Positions 1 through 11,390 are shown, counted from the first letter of the stretch. The stretch: DNA of 64,000 nt from Burkholderiales bacterium (GCA_036496555.1 DASXKY010000066.1:5834-69833); one strand, 5' to 3'. The notes: a model not told the origin generated them from the letters alone. Numbers and translations are program-made.

Positions 1-1
1 G

Positions 2-1270
2 CTGTTCCTCGCCCTGGTCGCCACCGCGGCGCTCGGCGTTGCGCTCGCCCCGGCGATCGCCTGGATCTCGGCGCCGGGCTTCGCCGCCGAGCCCGACAAG
101 TTTGCGGTGACGGTGCGCATGCTGCGCATCACCTTCCCGTACATAGCGTTCATCTCGCTCGTCGCCTTCGCCTCGGGCGTGCTGAACACGTGGAACCGCT
201 TCTCGGTACCGGCGCTCACGCCGGCGTTCCTCAACATCGCCTTCATCGTCGGCGCCGCCTTCTTCGCCGGCTGGTTCGATCCGCCGGTGGTGGTGCTCGC
301 CTGGGCGGTGTTCGCAGGCGGCGTGCTGCAGCTCGCCTTCCAGGTGCCCTTCCTCGTCAGGCTGGGCCTGTTCCCGCGCTGGCGGCTCGATCTTTCGCAT
401 CCGGGCGTGCGGCGCATCCTCACGCTCATGCTGCCGGCCGCGTTCGGCGTCTCGGTGAGCCAGGTCTCGCTGCTGATCAACACCATCTTCGCCTCGTTCC
501 TGCCCTCGGGGAGCGTGTCCTGGCTCTACTACGCCGACCGCCTGATGGAGTTTCCGGCGGGGGTGCTCGGCGTCGCGGTGGGCACGATCCTGCTGCCGAG
601 CCTGTCGAAGTACCACGCCGACGCGGACCACGCCGAGTACGCCAAGCTGCTCGACTGGGGCCTGCGCATCACGATCCTGCTCGCGGTGCCGGCCGCCGCG
701 GCGCTCGCCGTCCTCGCGCTGCCGCTCGCCGCGACGCTCTTCAAGTACGGCCGCTTCACCGCCGCCGACGTCTCGATGACGCAGCACGCGCTCGTCGCCT
801 ACAGCATCGGCCTGGTCGGCATGATCCTCGTCAAGATCCTCGCCCCCGGCTTCTACGCCCGTCAGGACGTGGTGACGCCGGTGAAGATCGGCGTCCTCAC
901 GCTGCTCGTCACGCAGGCGATGAACTTCGCCTTCATCGGGCCGCTGCGCCATGCCGGCCTTGCGCTCGCCATCGGCCTCGGTGCGTGCCTGAACGCTTCT
1001 CTGTTGTTCTGGATCCTGAAAAAACAAAAGGTCTACGTACCGCAGCCGGGCTGGCTGCTGTTCGTCCTGAAAGTGGCCGCGGCGGTCGGCCTCATGGCGG
1101 TCGTGCTGTTTTCCACGATGGGCGAGCCGGCGTGGTGGCTGCATGCCGCGTGGCAGGGTAAAGTCGCCTGGATCATGGGACTGGTGGTGCTCGGAGCCGC
1201 GGTCTACGCCGCCTGCCTGCTCGCGCTAGGCTTCCGCCCGCGCGATTTCTCGCGCCAGGGAGCCGCGTAG
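2..1270 (+). CDS. murJ: Lipid II flippase MurJ/MviN, C-terminal ~422 codons (5' end upstream of window)
   Basis: The frame is open from the window edge to TAG 1268-1270. The polytopic membrane sequence (FPYIAFISLVAFASGVLNTWNRFSVPALTPAFLNIAFI, YYADRLMEFPAGVLGVAVGTILLPSLS) is typical of MurJ. Confidence 0.85.
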   Translation: MFLALVATAALGVALAPAIAWISAPGFAAEPDKFAVTVRMLRITFPYIAFISLVAFASGVLNTWNRFSVPALTPAFLNIAFIVGAAFFAGWFDPPVVVLAWAVFAGGVLQLAFQVPFLVRLGLFPRWRLDLSHPGVRRILTLMLPAAFGVSVSQVSLLINTIFASFLPSGSVSWLYYADRLMEFPAGVLGVAVGTILLPSLSKYHADADHAEYAKLLDWGLRITILLAVPAAAALAVLALPLAATLFKYGRFTAADVSMTQHALVAYSIGLVGMILVKILAPGFYARQDVVTPVKIGVLTLLVTQAMNFAFIGPLRHAGLALAIGLGACLNASLLFWILKKQKVYVPQPGWLLFVLKVAAAVGLMAVVLFSTMGEPAWWLHAAWQGKVAWIMGLVVLGAAVYAACLLALGFRPRDFSRQGAA

Positions 1271-2133
1271 TGTCCGAGATGCGGGCCGCCCTCGGGGTCT
1301 TCGAGCAGATCCTGGCCGAGCAGGACGAACGCATCGACCTCGCGCGCGCCTGCCTGCTGATCGCGCAGGACGCCTATCCCGAGCTCGACGTCGACCGCTA
1401 TCTCGGCGACATCGAGCGCCTGGCGATCCGCCTGCGCGCCCGCCTGCCGCAGTCCGCCCAACCCGACGAGCTGGTGGTCGCGCTCAACCAATTCCTCTAC
1501 GGCGATCTGGGCTTCTGGGGCAATACCGACGACTACTACGATCCCCGCAACAGCTACCTCAACGAGGTGATCGACCGCCGCACCGGTATCCCGATCACGC
1601 TCGGCATCCTGTACATCGAGCTCGGCCGCCGCGTCGGCCTGCCGCTGCACGGCGTATCGTTTCCCGGCCATTTCCTCGTGCGGTTAGTCCTGCGCGGCGG
1701 CACCCTGGTGCTCGATCCATTCTCCGGCGGCGCGCCGCAGGGCGAGGACGAGCTGCGCCGGCGCCTGGAGCGCGTGATTCCCGACCACGCACGGCGCGGC
1801 GTGCCGCTCGCCGAGCTGCCCATCGACCAGTTCCTCGAGCCGGCGTCGAAGCGCCAGATCCTGTCGCGCCTGCTGCGCAATCTGAAGGGCATCTACCGCG
1901 AGGCCGACAAGCCCGAGCGCATGCTCGAAGTGCTCAACCGCATGCTGCTCGTTTCCCCGGAGGCAAGCGCCGAGCTGCGCGACCGCGGCTATCTCTACCG
2001 GCGGCTGGAATGCTGGCGCCCGGCGCTCAAGGACCTCACCGACTACCTGGAGCGCGAGCCTGACGCGCCCGACCTGGACGACGTGCGGGCCGAGCTGCTC
2101 GATCTTTCGGCGCGCTGCGCGCGGCTGAATTGA
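1270..2133 (+). CDS. SirB1/YchA-like protein (transglutaminase-like N-domain plus TPR-like C-domain)
   Basis: 287-codon ORF. GTG 1270 overlaps the murJ stop (TAGTG); alternative ATG at 1279. Family assigned from sequence recall (NSYLNEVIDRRTGIPITLGILYIELGRRVGLPLHGVSFPGHFLVR). Confidence 0.55.
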   Translation: MSEMRAALGVFEQILAEQDERIDLARACLLIAQDAYPELDVDRYLGDIERLAIRLRARLPQSAQPDELVVALNQFLYGDLGFWGNTDDYYDPRNSYLNEVIDRRTGIPITLGILYIELGRRVGLPLHGVSFPGHFLVRLVLRGGTLVLDPFSGGAPQGEDELRRRLERVIPDHARRGVPLAELPIDQFLEPASKRQILSRLLRNLKGIYREADKPERMLEVLNRMLLVSPEASAELRDRGYLYRRLECWRPALKDLTDYLEREPDAPDLDDVRAELLDLSARCARLN

Positions 2134-2172
2134 GACTAAAATCCGTTTTCCTATCCTGAGGAGGGGGTTCGC

Positions 2173-3282
2173 ATGAAACGCAGATCATTCCTGAAAAAAG
2201 CCGCGGCCGGCCTGGCCGTCGGCAGCGTCGCCGCGCCGGCCATTGGCCAGACGCAGCCGACGTTGAACTGGCGGATGGCCGCCAGCTGGCCGAAAAGCCT
2301 GGACACGCTCTACGGCGGCGCCGAGCTCATCTGCAAGCGCGTGTCCGATGCGACGAACGGCAAGTTCAACATCAAGCTGTTCGCTGCCGGCGAGATCGTC
2401 GGCGGCCTGCAGGTGATGGACGCCGTGCAGAACGGGACGGTGGAGTGCGGCCATACCGCCGCCTACTACTACTTCGGCAAGGACCAGACCTTTGCCTTCG
2501 GCACGAACATCCCGTTCGGCCTGAACGCGCGCCAGCAGTTCGCCTGGTACCAGCACGGCGGCGGCATGGAGCTGATGCGCGATTTCTACAAGGACTACAA
2601 CATCGTCAACATCCTGGCGGGCAGCACCGGCTGCCAGATGGGCGGCTGGTACCGCAAGCCGATCAAGTCGCTGGCCGACCTGAAGGGGCTCAAGTTCCGC
2701 ATCGGCGGCACCGGCGGCACGGTGCTGACGCGGCTCGGCGTGGTGCCGCAGCAGATCGCGGGCGGCGACATCTACCCGGCGCTCGAGAAAGGCACCATCG
2801 ACGCGGCGGAGTGGGTGGGGCCGTATGACGACGAGAAGCTCGGCTTCTACAAGGTCGCCAAGAACTATTACTACCCGGGCTGGTGGGAGAGCGGCTCGTC
2901 GCTCGAGCTGTTCGTCGGCACCAAGGCGTGGGAATCGCTGCCCAAGGACTACCAGGCGATCCTCGAGGCCGCGTGCCACGAAGCCTACATCTGGATGCTG
3001 TCCAAATACGACGCCCTCAACCCGGCGGCCCTGAAGCGCCTCCTCGCGCAGGGAGTGCACCTCGCGCCCTTCCCGAACGACGTTCTGGCGGCCTGCTACA
3101 AGGCCTCCGAGGAGCACTACGAGGAAGTCGCTTCCAAGAACCCTAAGTTCCGCAAGGTCTACGAGCCTTGGAAGAAGTTCCGCGCCGAGCAAGTGGAGTG
3201 GTTCTCGATCGCGGAAGGTCGGCAGGACAACTTCATGTTCGCCGCGCAGCGCATGGCCCAGAAAGCCGGCAAGAAGGGCTAG
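2173..3282 (+). CDS. TRAP transporter periplasmic solute-binding subunit (DctP-type)
   Basis: The ATG is preceded by GAGGAGGGGG. Twin-arginine signal MKRRSFLKKAAAGLAVGSVAAPAIG. Sequence resembles TRAP solute-binding proteins, and TRAP permease genes are adjacent. Confidence 0.85.
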   Translation: MKRRSFLKKAAAGLAVGSVAAPAIGQTQPTLNWRMAASWPKSLDTLYGGAELICKRVSDATNGKFNIKLFAAGEIVGGLQVMDAVQNGTVECGHTAAYYYFGKDQTFAFGTNIPFGLNARQQFAWYQHGGGMELMRDFYKDYNIVNILAGSTGCQMGGWYRKPIKSLADLKGLKFRIGGTGGTVLTRLGVVPQQIAGGDIYPALEKGTIDAAEWVGPYDDEKLGFYKVAKNYYYPGWWESGSSLELFVGTKAWESLPKDYQAILEAACHEAYIWMLSKYDALNPAALKRLLAQGVHLAPFPNDVLAACYKASEEHYEEVASKNPKFRKVYEPWKKFRAEQVEWFSIAEGRQDNFMFAAQRMAQKAGKKG

Positions 3283-3303
3283 CCCACGTTTCGCAGCAGG
3301 CGC

Positions 3304-3336
3304 AAAAAGCCCCGCGCATGCGGGGCTTTTTCTTTT
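3304..3336. terminator. Bidirectional intrinsic terminator between convergent TRAP genes
   Basis: AAAAA-GCCCCGC-GCAT-GCGGGGC-TTTTTCTTTT: a 7-bp GC stem flanked by an A-run on one side and a T-run on the other, so it reads as hairpin plus U-tract on both strands. Confidence 0.8.
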
Positions 3337-3354
3337 CGAGGGACGAGCGCGGGA

Positions 3355-5103
3355 TTACTTCTTGCCGCCCAGCGCTCGCTCGAAAGCCTTCACTTCGGCA
3401 TCCTGGTCTTCGGCGGAGGAGGAGCCGGCGGGTGGGGCGCTGCTCCCGGGCGCTTCCACAGGCGGCGCCGCGTCGGTGCCGGGCTCGTCGGGCGGGATTT
3501 CAATCTGGATCTGGTCGGTGTTGATGACCGCCTTCTTCGTCAGGCCGCCGGTCACCAGTCCGGGGAAGGCGATGATGAGGACCACCATCACGCACTGGAT
3601 GATCACGAACGGCACCGCGCCCCAATAGATCTGCCCGGTCGTGACTCTGGGCGTCATCTTGCGGGTGATGCGGTCGACGAAGTCCTTGGCGGGCGCGACG
3701 CTACGCAGGTAGAACAGGGCGAAGCCGAACGGCGGGTGCATGAACGAGGTCTGCATGTTCACGCCGAGCAGGATGCCGAACCAGATGAGATCGATGCCCA
3801 GCTTCTCCGCCACCGGACCGAGCAGCGGGATGACGATGAAGGCGAGCTCGAAGAAGTCGAGGAAGAACGCGAGCAGGAAGACGAGGACGTTTACGACGAT
3901 CAGGAAGCCGAGCTGGCCGCCGGGCAGATTGAGCAGCAGATTCTCGACCCAAATGTGCCCGTCCACGCCGTAGAAGGTGAGGCTGAACACGCGCGCGCCG
4001 ACCAGGATGAAGACCACGAACGAGGTCAGCTTGGCGGTGGTGTTCATCGCCTGGCGCAGCAGGCCGAACGAAATGCGCCGGCGCGCCAGCGCCATCACCA
4101 GCGCTCCGCTCGCGCCCATGGCGCCGCCCTCGGTGGGGGTCGCCACGCCGAGGAAGATGGTGCCCAGCACGAGGAAAATCAGCGCGAGCGGCGGAATCAG
4201 CACGAACGTCACGCGCTCCGCCATGCGCGAGAGCAAGCCGAGCTTGAACAGGTGGTTGACGACCGAGGCGAAGAAAGCGACGCCGACACCCACCGCGGTG
4301 GATAGCACGAGCAGCTCGTCCATCGGCGGCTCGGCCTCCGGATAGTGCACCTTGGCGAAGACCACCGCCGCGATGCTCGACGCGACGGCGAGGACGATCA
4401 GCGAGGTCACGCCGCTCGAGCCGTTCGGCTCGCGGAACGTGCGCGCTTCCGGCGGCACGGCAGGCGCCCACGACGGCCGGAAGATCGCGATGCCGACGGC
4501 GTAGAGCGCGTACAGGCCGGCCAGCGTGAGGCCGGGAATGAAGGCGCCGGCATACATGTCGCCGACCGATTTGCCGAGCTGGTCGGCCATCACGATGAGG
4601 ACCAGCGACGGCGGGATGATCTGTGCGAGCGTGCCCGAGGCGGCGATGACGCCGGCGGCCAGGCGTCGGTCGTAGCCGTAGCGCAGCATGATGGGCAGCG
4701 AGATCAGCCCCATCGAGATGACCGAGGCGGCGACCACGCCGGTGGTCGCCGCGAGCAGGGCGCCGACAAAGATCACGGCGAGGGCGAGGCCGCCGCGCAG
4801 CGGGCCGAACAGCTGGCCGACGGTGTCGAGCAGGTCCTCCGCCATGCCGCTTCGCTCGAGGATCAACCCCATGAAAGTGAAGAACGGCACGGCGAGCAGC
4901 GTGTCGTTGGACATCACCGCCCAGATGCGTTGCGGCAGCGCCTGGAAAAGCGACGGCTCGAGCAGGCCGAGCTGCACGCCGAGCAGGCCGAAGAAAATAC
5001 CGTTGGCGGCGAGCGCGAAAGCGACCGGGTAGCCGAACAGCATGACGATGATGAGCGACGCGAACATCAGCGGCGCCATGTTGTGTACGAGGAACGCGGT
5101 CAC
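3355..5103 (-). CDS. TRAP transporter large permease (DctM-type) with acidic/Pro-rich C-terminal tail
   Basis: GTG 5103 overlaps the stop of the upstream small-permease gene (GTGA); alternative ATG at 5079. Polytopic DctM-like sequence. The track ORF extension to 5529 is Arg/Pro-rich and overlaps dctQ. Confidence 0.85.
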   Translation of the reverse strand: MTAFLVHNMAPLMFASLIIVMLFGYPVAFALAANGIFFGLLGVQLGLLEPSLFQALPQRIWAVMSNDTLLAVPFFTFMGLILERSGMAEDLLDTVGQLFGPLRGGLALAVIFVGALLAATTGVVAASVISMGLISLPIMLRYGYDRRLAAGVIAASGTLAQIIPPSLVLIVMADQLGKSVGDMYAGAFIPGLTLAGLYALYAVGIAIFRPSWAPAVPPEARTFREPNGSSGVTSLIVLAVASSIAAVVFAKVHYPEAEPPMDELLVLSTAVGVGVAFFASVVNHLFKLGLLSRMAERVTFVLIPPLALIFLVLGTIFLGVATPTEGGAMGASGALVMALARRRISFGLLRQAMNTTAKLTSFVVFILVGARVFSLTFYGVDGHIWVENLLLNLPGGQLGFLIVVNVLVFLLAFFLDFFELAFIVIPLLGPVAEKLGIDLIWFGILLGVNMQTSFMHPPFGFALFYLRSVAPAKDFVDRITRKMTPRVTTGQIYWGAVPFVIIQCVMVVLIIAFPGLVTGGLTKKAVINTDQIQIEIPPDEPGTDAAPPVEAPGSSAPPAGSSSAEDQDAEVKAFERALGGKK

Positions 5104-5690
5104 GCGACCTCTCCGCGCTGCTTGCGCAGCTCTTCGGCGAGCTGCTCCTCGTCGCTCGGCCCTTCGTCCTTGTCGGCCGGGTCCGGGATCATGCCGCGCA
5201 GAAAGGCGACGCGCTTGATCAGTTCGGAGAGCCCCTGCAGCACGAGCAGCAGGAAGCCGATCGGCACCATCAGCCGGCCCGGCCAGACCAGCAGGCCGCC
5301 GGCGTTGGTCGACACTTCGTCGCTGCGCCAGGCGTCGAGGAATACCGGCCAGGAAAGCCACATGATCGCTACCGCCATCGGCAGCAGAAAGAAGATCGTG
5401 CCGAGGATGTCGATCCAGGCCCGGCCCCTCGCCGAGAGCAGCCCGGAGAGGATGTCGATGCGCACGTGCTGGTTGTGCAGCAGGGTGTAGCCGGCGCAGA
5501 ACAGGAAGACGAAGGAGAACAGGTACCACTGAATTTCCAGCCAGGCATTGGAGCTCATGTTGAGCGAGTAGCGCACCACCGCGTTGCCGGTGCTGATCAG
5601 TACCGCGGCGAGGATCAGCCAGTAGGTCAGTTTGCCGACCTCCTCGTTCAGCCAGTCGATCGCGCGCGAAAACGCAAGCAGTGGTTTCAT
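5100..5690 (-). CDS. TRAP transporter small permease (DctQ-type)
   Basis: 196-aa, 4-TM-like protein directly upstream of and overlapping the DctM-type gene. Confidence 0.8.
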   Translation of the reverse strand: MKPLLAFSRAIDWLNEEVGKLTYWLILAAVLISTGNAVVRYSLNMSSNAWLEIQWYLFSFVFLFCAGYTLLHNQHVRIDILSGLLSARGRAWIDILGTIFFLLPMAVAIMWLSWPVFLDAWRSDEVSTNAGGLLVWPGRLMVPIGFLLLVLQGLSELIKRVAFLRGMIPDPADKDEGPSDEEQLAEELRKQRGEVA

Positions 5691-5717
5691 GTGCTCCCGA
5701 TTCTAGAAAGCTTTTTT

Positions 5718-6254
5718 CTAACTTGCAGGCGTAAGCTTTGCGTCAGACGCCGCCGTCCGCATGCGCAGCGCCCGCTCCTGAACCTCGGCATGCAGCCGCG
5801 GCTTATAGCCGAGCGCGAAGAACGCCTCGGCCGCGAGGAACAGCGGTGCAATGAAGATCTGGAATAAATTGTCGGCGAGCGCCGGCTTCCTGCCCTCGAA
5901 CACATGCCCGACGAGCTGCAGGATCCAGCCGCCGATGAACAGAGCGCCGAACCATGCCCAGCCCCGCACCGCGCCCTGCGCGGCGAGGGTCTGCCCGCCC
6001 CAAAGAAGGACTGCGTTCACCGCCAGCATGGCGAGCGCGAGCGGCACGTCGAGCAGGAAGTAGTAGACGAGGACGGCGGCGGCGAACAGCATCGCCGCGG
6101 TGATCGTCGCACCGCCCAAGTCCACGCGCAGCCATGCGAGCGGGATGAAGAGCGACAGCATGATGGCTGGTACGCCGACGAAATGCGTGACCTTGTTGCG
6201 GCCATCCTGATGGTAGGCCGCATAGAAGCTCATCTGGTCTTGCAGGGACTTCAT
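5718..6254 (-). CDS. DUF962 / Mpo1-like membrane protein
   Basis: 178 aa with the N-terminal motif FYAAYHQDGRNKVTHFVGVPAI followed by TM helices. Confidence 0.6.
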   Translation of the reverse strand: MKSLQDQMSFYAAYHQDGRNKVTHFVGVPAIMLSLFIPLAWLRVDLGGATITAAMLFAAAVLVYYFLLDVPLALAMLAVNAVLLWGGQTLAAQGAVRGWAWFGALFIGGWILQLVGHVFEGRKPALADNLFQIFIAPLFLAAEAFFALGYKPRLHAEVQERALRMRTAASDAKLTPAS

Positions 6255-6293
6255 GGGAGCTGCGCAGTCCTCCTCCGAAAGACACTATAATTC

Positions 6294-7226
6294 ATGGTTT
6301 TAACCGAGTCCATGGTCGTTACGCACGGCTCTTTGCAGAGCGCCCGGGGCCGGTGTGCGCTGACCATAGGCAACTTCGACGGCGTGCACCGCGGCCACCG
6401 CGCGCTCATCGAGCACGTCACGGCAAAGGCGCGCGAGCTGCGACTGACTTCCTGCGTCCTCACCTTCGAGCCGCATCCGCGCGAGTTCTTCGCGCGAGAG
6501 GCGGCGCCCGCGCGCATCACACGCCTGCGCGACAAGCTCGAGCTGATGGCGGCGGCCGGCGTGAAGCGCGTGCACGTCGCGCGCTTCGACGCGCGTTTCG
6601 CGGCGCTCCCGGCGGCGCGTTTCATCGACCAGGTGCTGGTGCGCGGCCTCGGCGTGCGCTGGCTGCTCGTCGGCCGCGACTTCCGCTTCGGCGAGCGGCG
6701 CAGCGGCGACTTCGCCACGCTCGAGGACGCGGCGCTGCGCCATGGCTTCGATCTGGAGGAGATGCCCGACGTGCTGTTCGACGGCGAACGCGTGTCGAGC
6801 TCGGCGGTGCGCGCCGCGCTCAAAGCGGGCGACCTGCAGGGCGCCGAGCGGCTGCTCGGCCATCCGTACACCATCAGCGGCCGCGTAGCGCACGGCGCGA
6901 AGCTGGGCCGCGGCCTGGGTTTTCCGACCGCCAACATCGTTCTGCGCAGGACCGCGCCGGTGTCGGGCATCTTCGCGGTCGAGGTCGAAGGCTTGGGCCA
7001 GGGAGTCGCGAGCGTCGGGCGCCGGCCCACGGTGAACCCGGTGCCCATTCCCCTGCTGGAAGTGCACCTGTTCGACTGCGACCGCGATCTCTACGGCGAG
7101 CACATCAAGGTGCGCTTCTTGAAAAAGCTGCGTGACGAGCAGAAGTACGAAGGCCTCGAGGCGCTGCGGCGGGCCATCGCCCGCGACGCCGAGCAGGCAA
7201 AGGAATATTTCGCGACGCATGGCTGA
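6294..7226 (+). CDS. ribF: Bifunctional riboflavin kinase / FMN adenylyltransferase
   Basis: [17 protein letters not shown] motif and a full-length RibF-like sequence. Alternative start ATG 6312, because a TATAAT box (6286-6291) sits only 2 nt before ATG 6294. Confidence 0.9.
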   Translation: MVLTESMVVTHGSLQSARGRCALTIGNFDGVHRGHRALIEHVTAKARELRLTSCVLTFEPHPREFFAREAAPARITRLRDKLELMAAAGVKRVHVARFDARFAALPAARFIDQVLVRGLGVRWLLVGRDFRFGERRSGDFATLEDAALRHGFDLEEMPDVLFDGERVSSSAVRAALKAGDLQGAERLLGHPYTISGRVAHGAKLGRGLGFPTANIVLRRTAPVSGIFAVEVEGLGQGVASVGRRPTVNPVPIPLLEVHLFDCDRDLYGEHIKVRFLKKLRDEQKYEGLEALRRAIARDAEQAKEYFATHG

Positions 7227-9993
7227 CTACAAAGACACGCTCAACCTTCCTGAAACGCCATTTCCCATGCGCGGCGACCTAGCCAAGCGCGAGCCGCAGT
7301 GGGTGAAGGAGTGGCACGAGAAAGGGGTCTACCAACGCCTGCGCCAGATCGCCAAGGGCCGGCCCCGCTTCGTGCTGCACGACGGGCCGCCGTACGCCAA
7401 CGGCGACATCCACATCGGCACCGCGGTCAACAAGATCCTCAAGGACCTCATCGTCAAGTCGAAGACGCTCGCCGGCTTCGACGCGCCCTACGTTCCCGGC
7501 TGGGACTGCCACGGCATGCCGATCGAGGTGCAGATCGAGAAAAAGTACGGCAAGAACCTGCCGCCGGCCGAAACGCAGCGCCTGTGCCGCGCCTTCGCCA
7601 CCGAGCAGATCGTGAGCCAGAAGAAGGATTTCGAGCGGCTCGGCGTGCTCGGCGACTGGGACCATCCGTATCTCACAATGGCCTACGGCAACGAGGCCGA
7701 CGAGATCCGCGTCCTCGGCCGCCTGCTCGAAAAGGGATACGTCTATCGCGGCCTCAAGCCGGTCAACTGGTGCTTCGACTGCGGCTCGGCGCTCGCCGAA
7801 GCCGAAGTCGAGTACGAGGACCGCAAGGACCCCGCCATCGATGTCGCTTTTCCTCTGTTGGACGAGGATCGGCCCAAAGTAGAGAAGATTTTCAAGGCAA
7901 GCGCAGCGAAGCAGGTTTTCGCCGTTATCTGGACCACCACGCCGTGGACGATTCCGTCCAACCAGGCGCTCAACGTCCATCCTGACCTGACCTATCAGCT
8001 GGTCGACACCGAAAAAGGGCTCCTCGTCCTGGCGGACGATTTGCGCGAGGCGTCGCTCAAGCGGTTTGGCTTGCAGGGAACGGTCGTGGGAGAGACGAAG
8101 GGCAAGAACCTGGAGAAGCTGCGCTTCAGGCATCCGTTCTACGACCGGCTCGCGCCGGTCTATCTGGGCGAGTACGTCACCACCGAGAGCGGCACCGGCA
8201 TCGTGCACTCCGCGCCGGCGTACGGCGTGGAGGACTTCGATTCGTGCCGCCGCTACGGCATGAAGGACGACGAAATCCTCACGCCGGTGATGGGCGACGG
8301 GAAATTCGCGCCGTCGCTGCCGCTATTCGGCGGGCTGTCGATCTGGGACGCCAACCCGAAGATCATCAAAACTCTGGAGGAGAAGGGCGAGCTGTTGTCG
8401 GTCGACTGGAAGCACACGCACAGCTACATGCATTGCTGGCGCCACAAGACGCCGGTGATCCTGCGCGCCACCACGCAGTGGTTCGCCTCGATGGACAAGC
8501 CGGTCGCCGGGGAATCGCTCAGGCAGCTCGCCCTGCGCGGCGTCGAGAAGACCCGGTTCTTCCCGGACTGGGGCCAGGCGAGGCTGCACGGCATGATCGC
8601 CAACCGGCCCGACTGGACGCTCTCGCGCCAACGGCAGTGGGGCGTGCCGATGCCCTTCTTCCTGCACCGCGAGACCGGGGCGCTGCACCCGCGCACGCCC
8701 GAGCTGCTGGAGGAAGTGGCCAAGCGCGTGGCGAAGGGCGGCATCGAGGCCTGGCAAAGCGTCACCGCGGAAGAGCTTTTGGGCTCCGAGAGCTCCAGCT
8801 ATGAAAAGGGCAAAGACACGCTGGACGTCTGGTTCGACTCGGGCAGCACGCACTTCACCGTCCTGCGGCGCTCCCACAAGGAAGAGTCGACTTATCCCGC
8901 CGACATGTACCTCGAGGGCTCCGACCAGCACCGCGGCTGGTTCCATTCGTCTCTGCTTACCGCCTGCATGCTCGATGGCCATCCACCTTACAAGAGCCTG
9001 CTGACGCACGGCTTCGTCGTCGCCGGCGACGGCCGCAAGATGTCGAAGTCGCTCGGCAACACGATGGCGCCGCAGAAGATCTCGGGCACGCTCGGCGCGG
9101 AGATCCTGCGCCTTTGGGTGGCGAGCACCGACTACTCCGGGGAGCTCGCGATTTCCGACGAGATCCTGAAGCGGGTCGTCGAGAGCTATCGCCGCATCCG
9201 CAACACGCTGCGTTTCCTGCTCGCCAATACCTCGGACTTCGACCCGAAGAAGCACGCCGTGCCGGTCGCCGAGCTGGTCGAGATCGACCGCTACGCGCTC
9301 GCGCTGACCGCCAGGCTGCAGAAGGCCGTGGCGGACGACTTCGCCGCCTACCAGTTCCACCTGGTAGTACAGAAGCTGCAGACCTTCTGCTCCGAGGACC
9401 TCGGCGCGTTCTACCTCGACATCCTGAAGGACCGCCTGTACACCTGCGGCGCGGAATCGCGGCCGCGCCGCTCGGCGCAGACGGCGCTCTGGCATATCAC
9501 GGATAGCCTGGTGCGCCTGATGGCGCCGGTGCTCTCATTTACCGCCGAGGAGGTTTGGCAGACCTTCACCGGAGGACGCGAAAACGCCACGGACGACAGC
9601 GTGTTCTTCCAGACCTGGCACGCGCTGCCGGCCATCTCCGACGCTGCCGCGCTGCTCATGCGGTGGACGCGCCTGCGCGAGCTGCGCGACCCGGTGCGCA
9701 AGCAGATCGAGGAGCTGCGCGCCGCCGGCAAGGTTGGTTCTTCGCTTCAGGCCGAGGTCGAAATCGGCGCGAAGGGCGAGGACCGTGCGCTGCTCGAGTC
9801 CCTCGGCGACGACCTGAAATACGTTTTCCTGACCTCGGCCGCACGCGCGAGCGACGAAACGCTGGTCAAACCCAGCGAAAACCCCAAATGTGACCGCTGC
9901 TGGCACTATCGCCCCGATGTGAACGCGGAAGGGCTCTGCGGCCGCTGCGTGAGCAACCTGAAGGGGCCCGGTGAGGCCAGGAAGCATGCATAG
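7219..9993 (+). CDS. ileS: Isoleucine--tRNA ligase
   Basis: Start at [21 protein letters not shown] (ATG 7219, 8-nt overlap with ribF). Class I HIGH-type signature ([12 protein letters not shown]), KMSKS, and C-terminal Zn-finger cysteines. Confidence 0.95.
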   Translation: MADYKDTLNLPETPFPMRGDLAKREPQWVKEWHEKGVYQRLRQIAKGRPRFVLHDGPPYANGDIHIGTAVNKILKDLIVKSKTLAGFDAPYVPGWDCHGMPIEVQIEKKYGKNLPPAETQRLCRAFATEQIVSQKKDFERLGVLGDWDHPYLTMAYGNEADEIRVLGRLLEKGYVYRGLKPVNWCFDCGSALAEAEVEYEDRKDPAIDVAFPLLDEDRPKVEKIFKASAAKQVFAVIWTTTPWTIPSNQALNVHPDLTYQLVDTEKGLLVLADDLREASLKRFGLQGTVVGETKGKNLEKLRFRHPFYDRLAPVYLGEYVTTESGTGIVHSAPAYGVEDFDSCRRYGMKDDEILTPVMGDGKFAPSLPLFGGLSIWDANPKIIKTLEEKGELLSVDWKHTHSYMHCWRHKTPVILRATTQWFASMDKPVAGESLRQLALRGVEKTRFFPDWGQARLHGMIANRPDWTLSRQRQWGVPMPFFLHRETGALHPRTPELLEEVAKRVAKGGIEAWQSVTAEELLGSESSSYEKGKDTLDVWFDSGSTHFTVLRRSHKEESTYPADMYLEGSDQHRGWFHSSLLTACMLDGHPPYKSLLTHGFVVAGDGRKMSKSLGNTMAPQKISGTLGAEILRLWVASTDYSGELAISDEILKRVVESYRRIRNTLRFLLANTSDFDPKKHAVPVAELVEIDRYALALTARLQKAVADDFAAYQFHLVVQKLQTFCSEDLGAFYLDILKDRLYTCGAESRPRRSAQTALWHITDSLVRLMAPVLSFTAEEVWQTFTGGRENATDDSVFFQTWHALPAISDAAALLMRWTRLRELRDPVRKQIEELRAAGKVGSSLQAEVEIGAKGEDRALLESLGDDLKYVFLTSAARASDETLVKPSENPKCDRCWHYRPDVNAEGLCGRCVSNLKGPGEARKHA

Positions 9994-10480
9994 AGCTGCG
10001 CCCTGGTTCGGAGCCTCCGCAGCGATCATCGTGGTCGATCAGGTCGTGAAATGGTCAGTGCTCGGCTATTTTTCGGGGCGCAGCCCGGTCGAGCCGGTCA
10101 CCGGCTTCTTCAACCTGGTCCTCGCCTGTAACCGGGGCGCCGCCTTCAGCCTGCTCGCCGACGCGCCGGGGTGGCAGACGCCGGTATTCACGGCCTTCGC
10201 CCTGGTCGCGTCGATCGTGATCGGCATACTCATCGTGCGCAGCCCCGGCCGGCTCCTGTTCCTGGCTGGCCTCGCGCTGATCCTGGCCGGCGCGCTCGGC
10301 AACGTCGTCGACCGCCTGCGCTTCGGCTGCGTGGTCGACTTCCTCGACTTCCACGCCGGCGCTTGGCACTGGCCGGCCTTTAATGTTGCCGATTCGGCGA
10401 TTACCATCGGTGCTGTGCTGCTGATACTCGACAGCTTCATCGGCCGGGAGAGACTGAGCGATGGAAGTCCTACTCGCTAG
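9986..10480 (+). CDS. lspA: Lipoprotein signal peptidase II
   Basis: LspA-like sequence ([49 protein letters not shown]). ATG 9986 overlaps the ileS end; alternative GTG at 9971. Confidence 0.85.
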   Translation: MHRAAPWFGASAAIIVVDQVVKWSVLGYFSGRSPVEPVTGFFNLVLACNRGAAFSLLADAPGWQTPVFTAFALVASIVIGILIVRSPGRLLFLAGLALILAGALGNVVDRLRFGCVVDFLDFHAGAWHWPAFNVADSAITIGAVLLILDSFIGRERLSDGSPTR

Positions 10481-11390
10481 CCCGCGCGGCTTCTGCGCCG
10501 GCGTCGAGCGTGCGATCGAGATCGTCGAGCGCGCCATCGAGCAATATGGCGCGCCGATCTACGTGCGCCACGAGATCGTCCACAACAAATACGTGGTGGA
10601 GAACCTGCGCCTGAAGGGCGCGGTGTTCGTCGAGGAGCTCGACGAGGTGCCCGCTGGAGGGATCGTCATCTTCAGCGCGCACGGCGTGGCGAAGGCGGTG
10701 CGCGCGCATGCCGAGCACCGCGGCCTGAAGGTGTTCGACGCCACCTGCCCGCTCGTCACCAAGGTGCACCTCGAAGTCCACAAGATGCTGCGCGCCGGCT
10801 ACGAGATCGTGATGATCGGCCACCACGGCCATCCGGAGTCGGAGGGCACCATGGGGCAGGCGGCCTCGGGCATGTACCTCGTCGAGACGCTCGACGATGT
10901 GGCGAAGCTCGTCCCGCGCGACCCCTCGCACCTCGCCTACGTCACGCAGACCACGCTTTCCGTCGACGATGCGGCGACGATGGTGGCGGCGCTGAAGGAG
11001 CGCTTTCCCGGCATCCGCGGGCCGAAGAAGGACGACATCTGCTACGCCACGCAGAACCGGCAGGACGCAGTCAAGTTCATGGCGCCCAAGTGCGACGTGG
11101 TGATCGTCGTCGGCTCGCCGAACAGCTCCAACTCCAACCGCCTGCGCGAGGTGGCGCGGAGCAGCGGCAGCGACGCCTACATGGTCGACAACGCCGGCGA
11201 GCTGAAAGCCGAATGGATCGCCGGCAAGTCGCGCGTAGGCGTGACCGCGGGCGCCTCGGCGCCGGCCGTGCTGGTCGAGCAGGTCGTCGCCCGGCTGCGC
11301 GAGCTCGGCGCACAGCGTGTCACGCAGCTCTCCGGCATCGAGGAGCACATGGTGTTCCCGCTGCCCAAGGAGCTCAGGACCGCCGTTTGA
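10461..11390 (+). CDS. ispH: 4-hydroxy-3-methylbut-2-enyl diphosphate reductase
   Basis: [23 protein letters not shown] and a full-length IspH/LytB-like sequence, within the conserved ribF-ileS-lspA-ispH order. Confidence 0.95.
   Translation: MEVLLASPRGFCAGVERAIEIVERAIEQYGAPIYVRHEIVHNKYVVENLRLKGAVFVEELDEVPAGGIVIFSAHGVAKAVRAHAEHRGLKVFDATCPLVTKVHLEVHKMLRAGYEIVMIGHHGHPESEGTMGQAASGMYLVETLDDVAKLVPRDPSHLAYVTQTTLSVDDAATMVAALKERFPGIRGPKKDDICYATQNRQDAVKFMAPKCDVVIVVGSPNSSNSNRLREVARSSGSDAYMVDNAGELKAEWIAGKSRVGVTAGASAPAVLVEQVVARLRELGAQRVTQLSGIEEHMVFPLPKELRTAV

Noticed and set aside
6286-6291. A perfect TATAAT 2 nt before the ribF ATG, as evidence for a leaderless ribF.
   Set aside because: The geometry does not fit ATG 6294, because the TSS would fall inside the codon region. 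It is recorded only as a reason to consider ATG 6312 as an alternative start.
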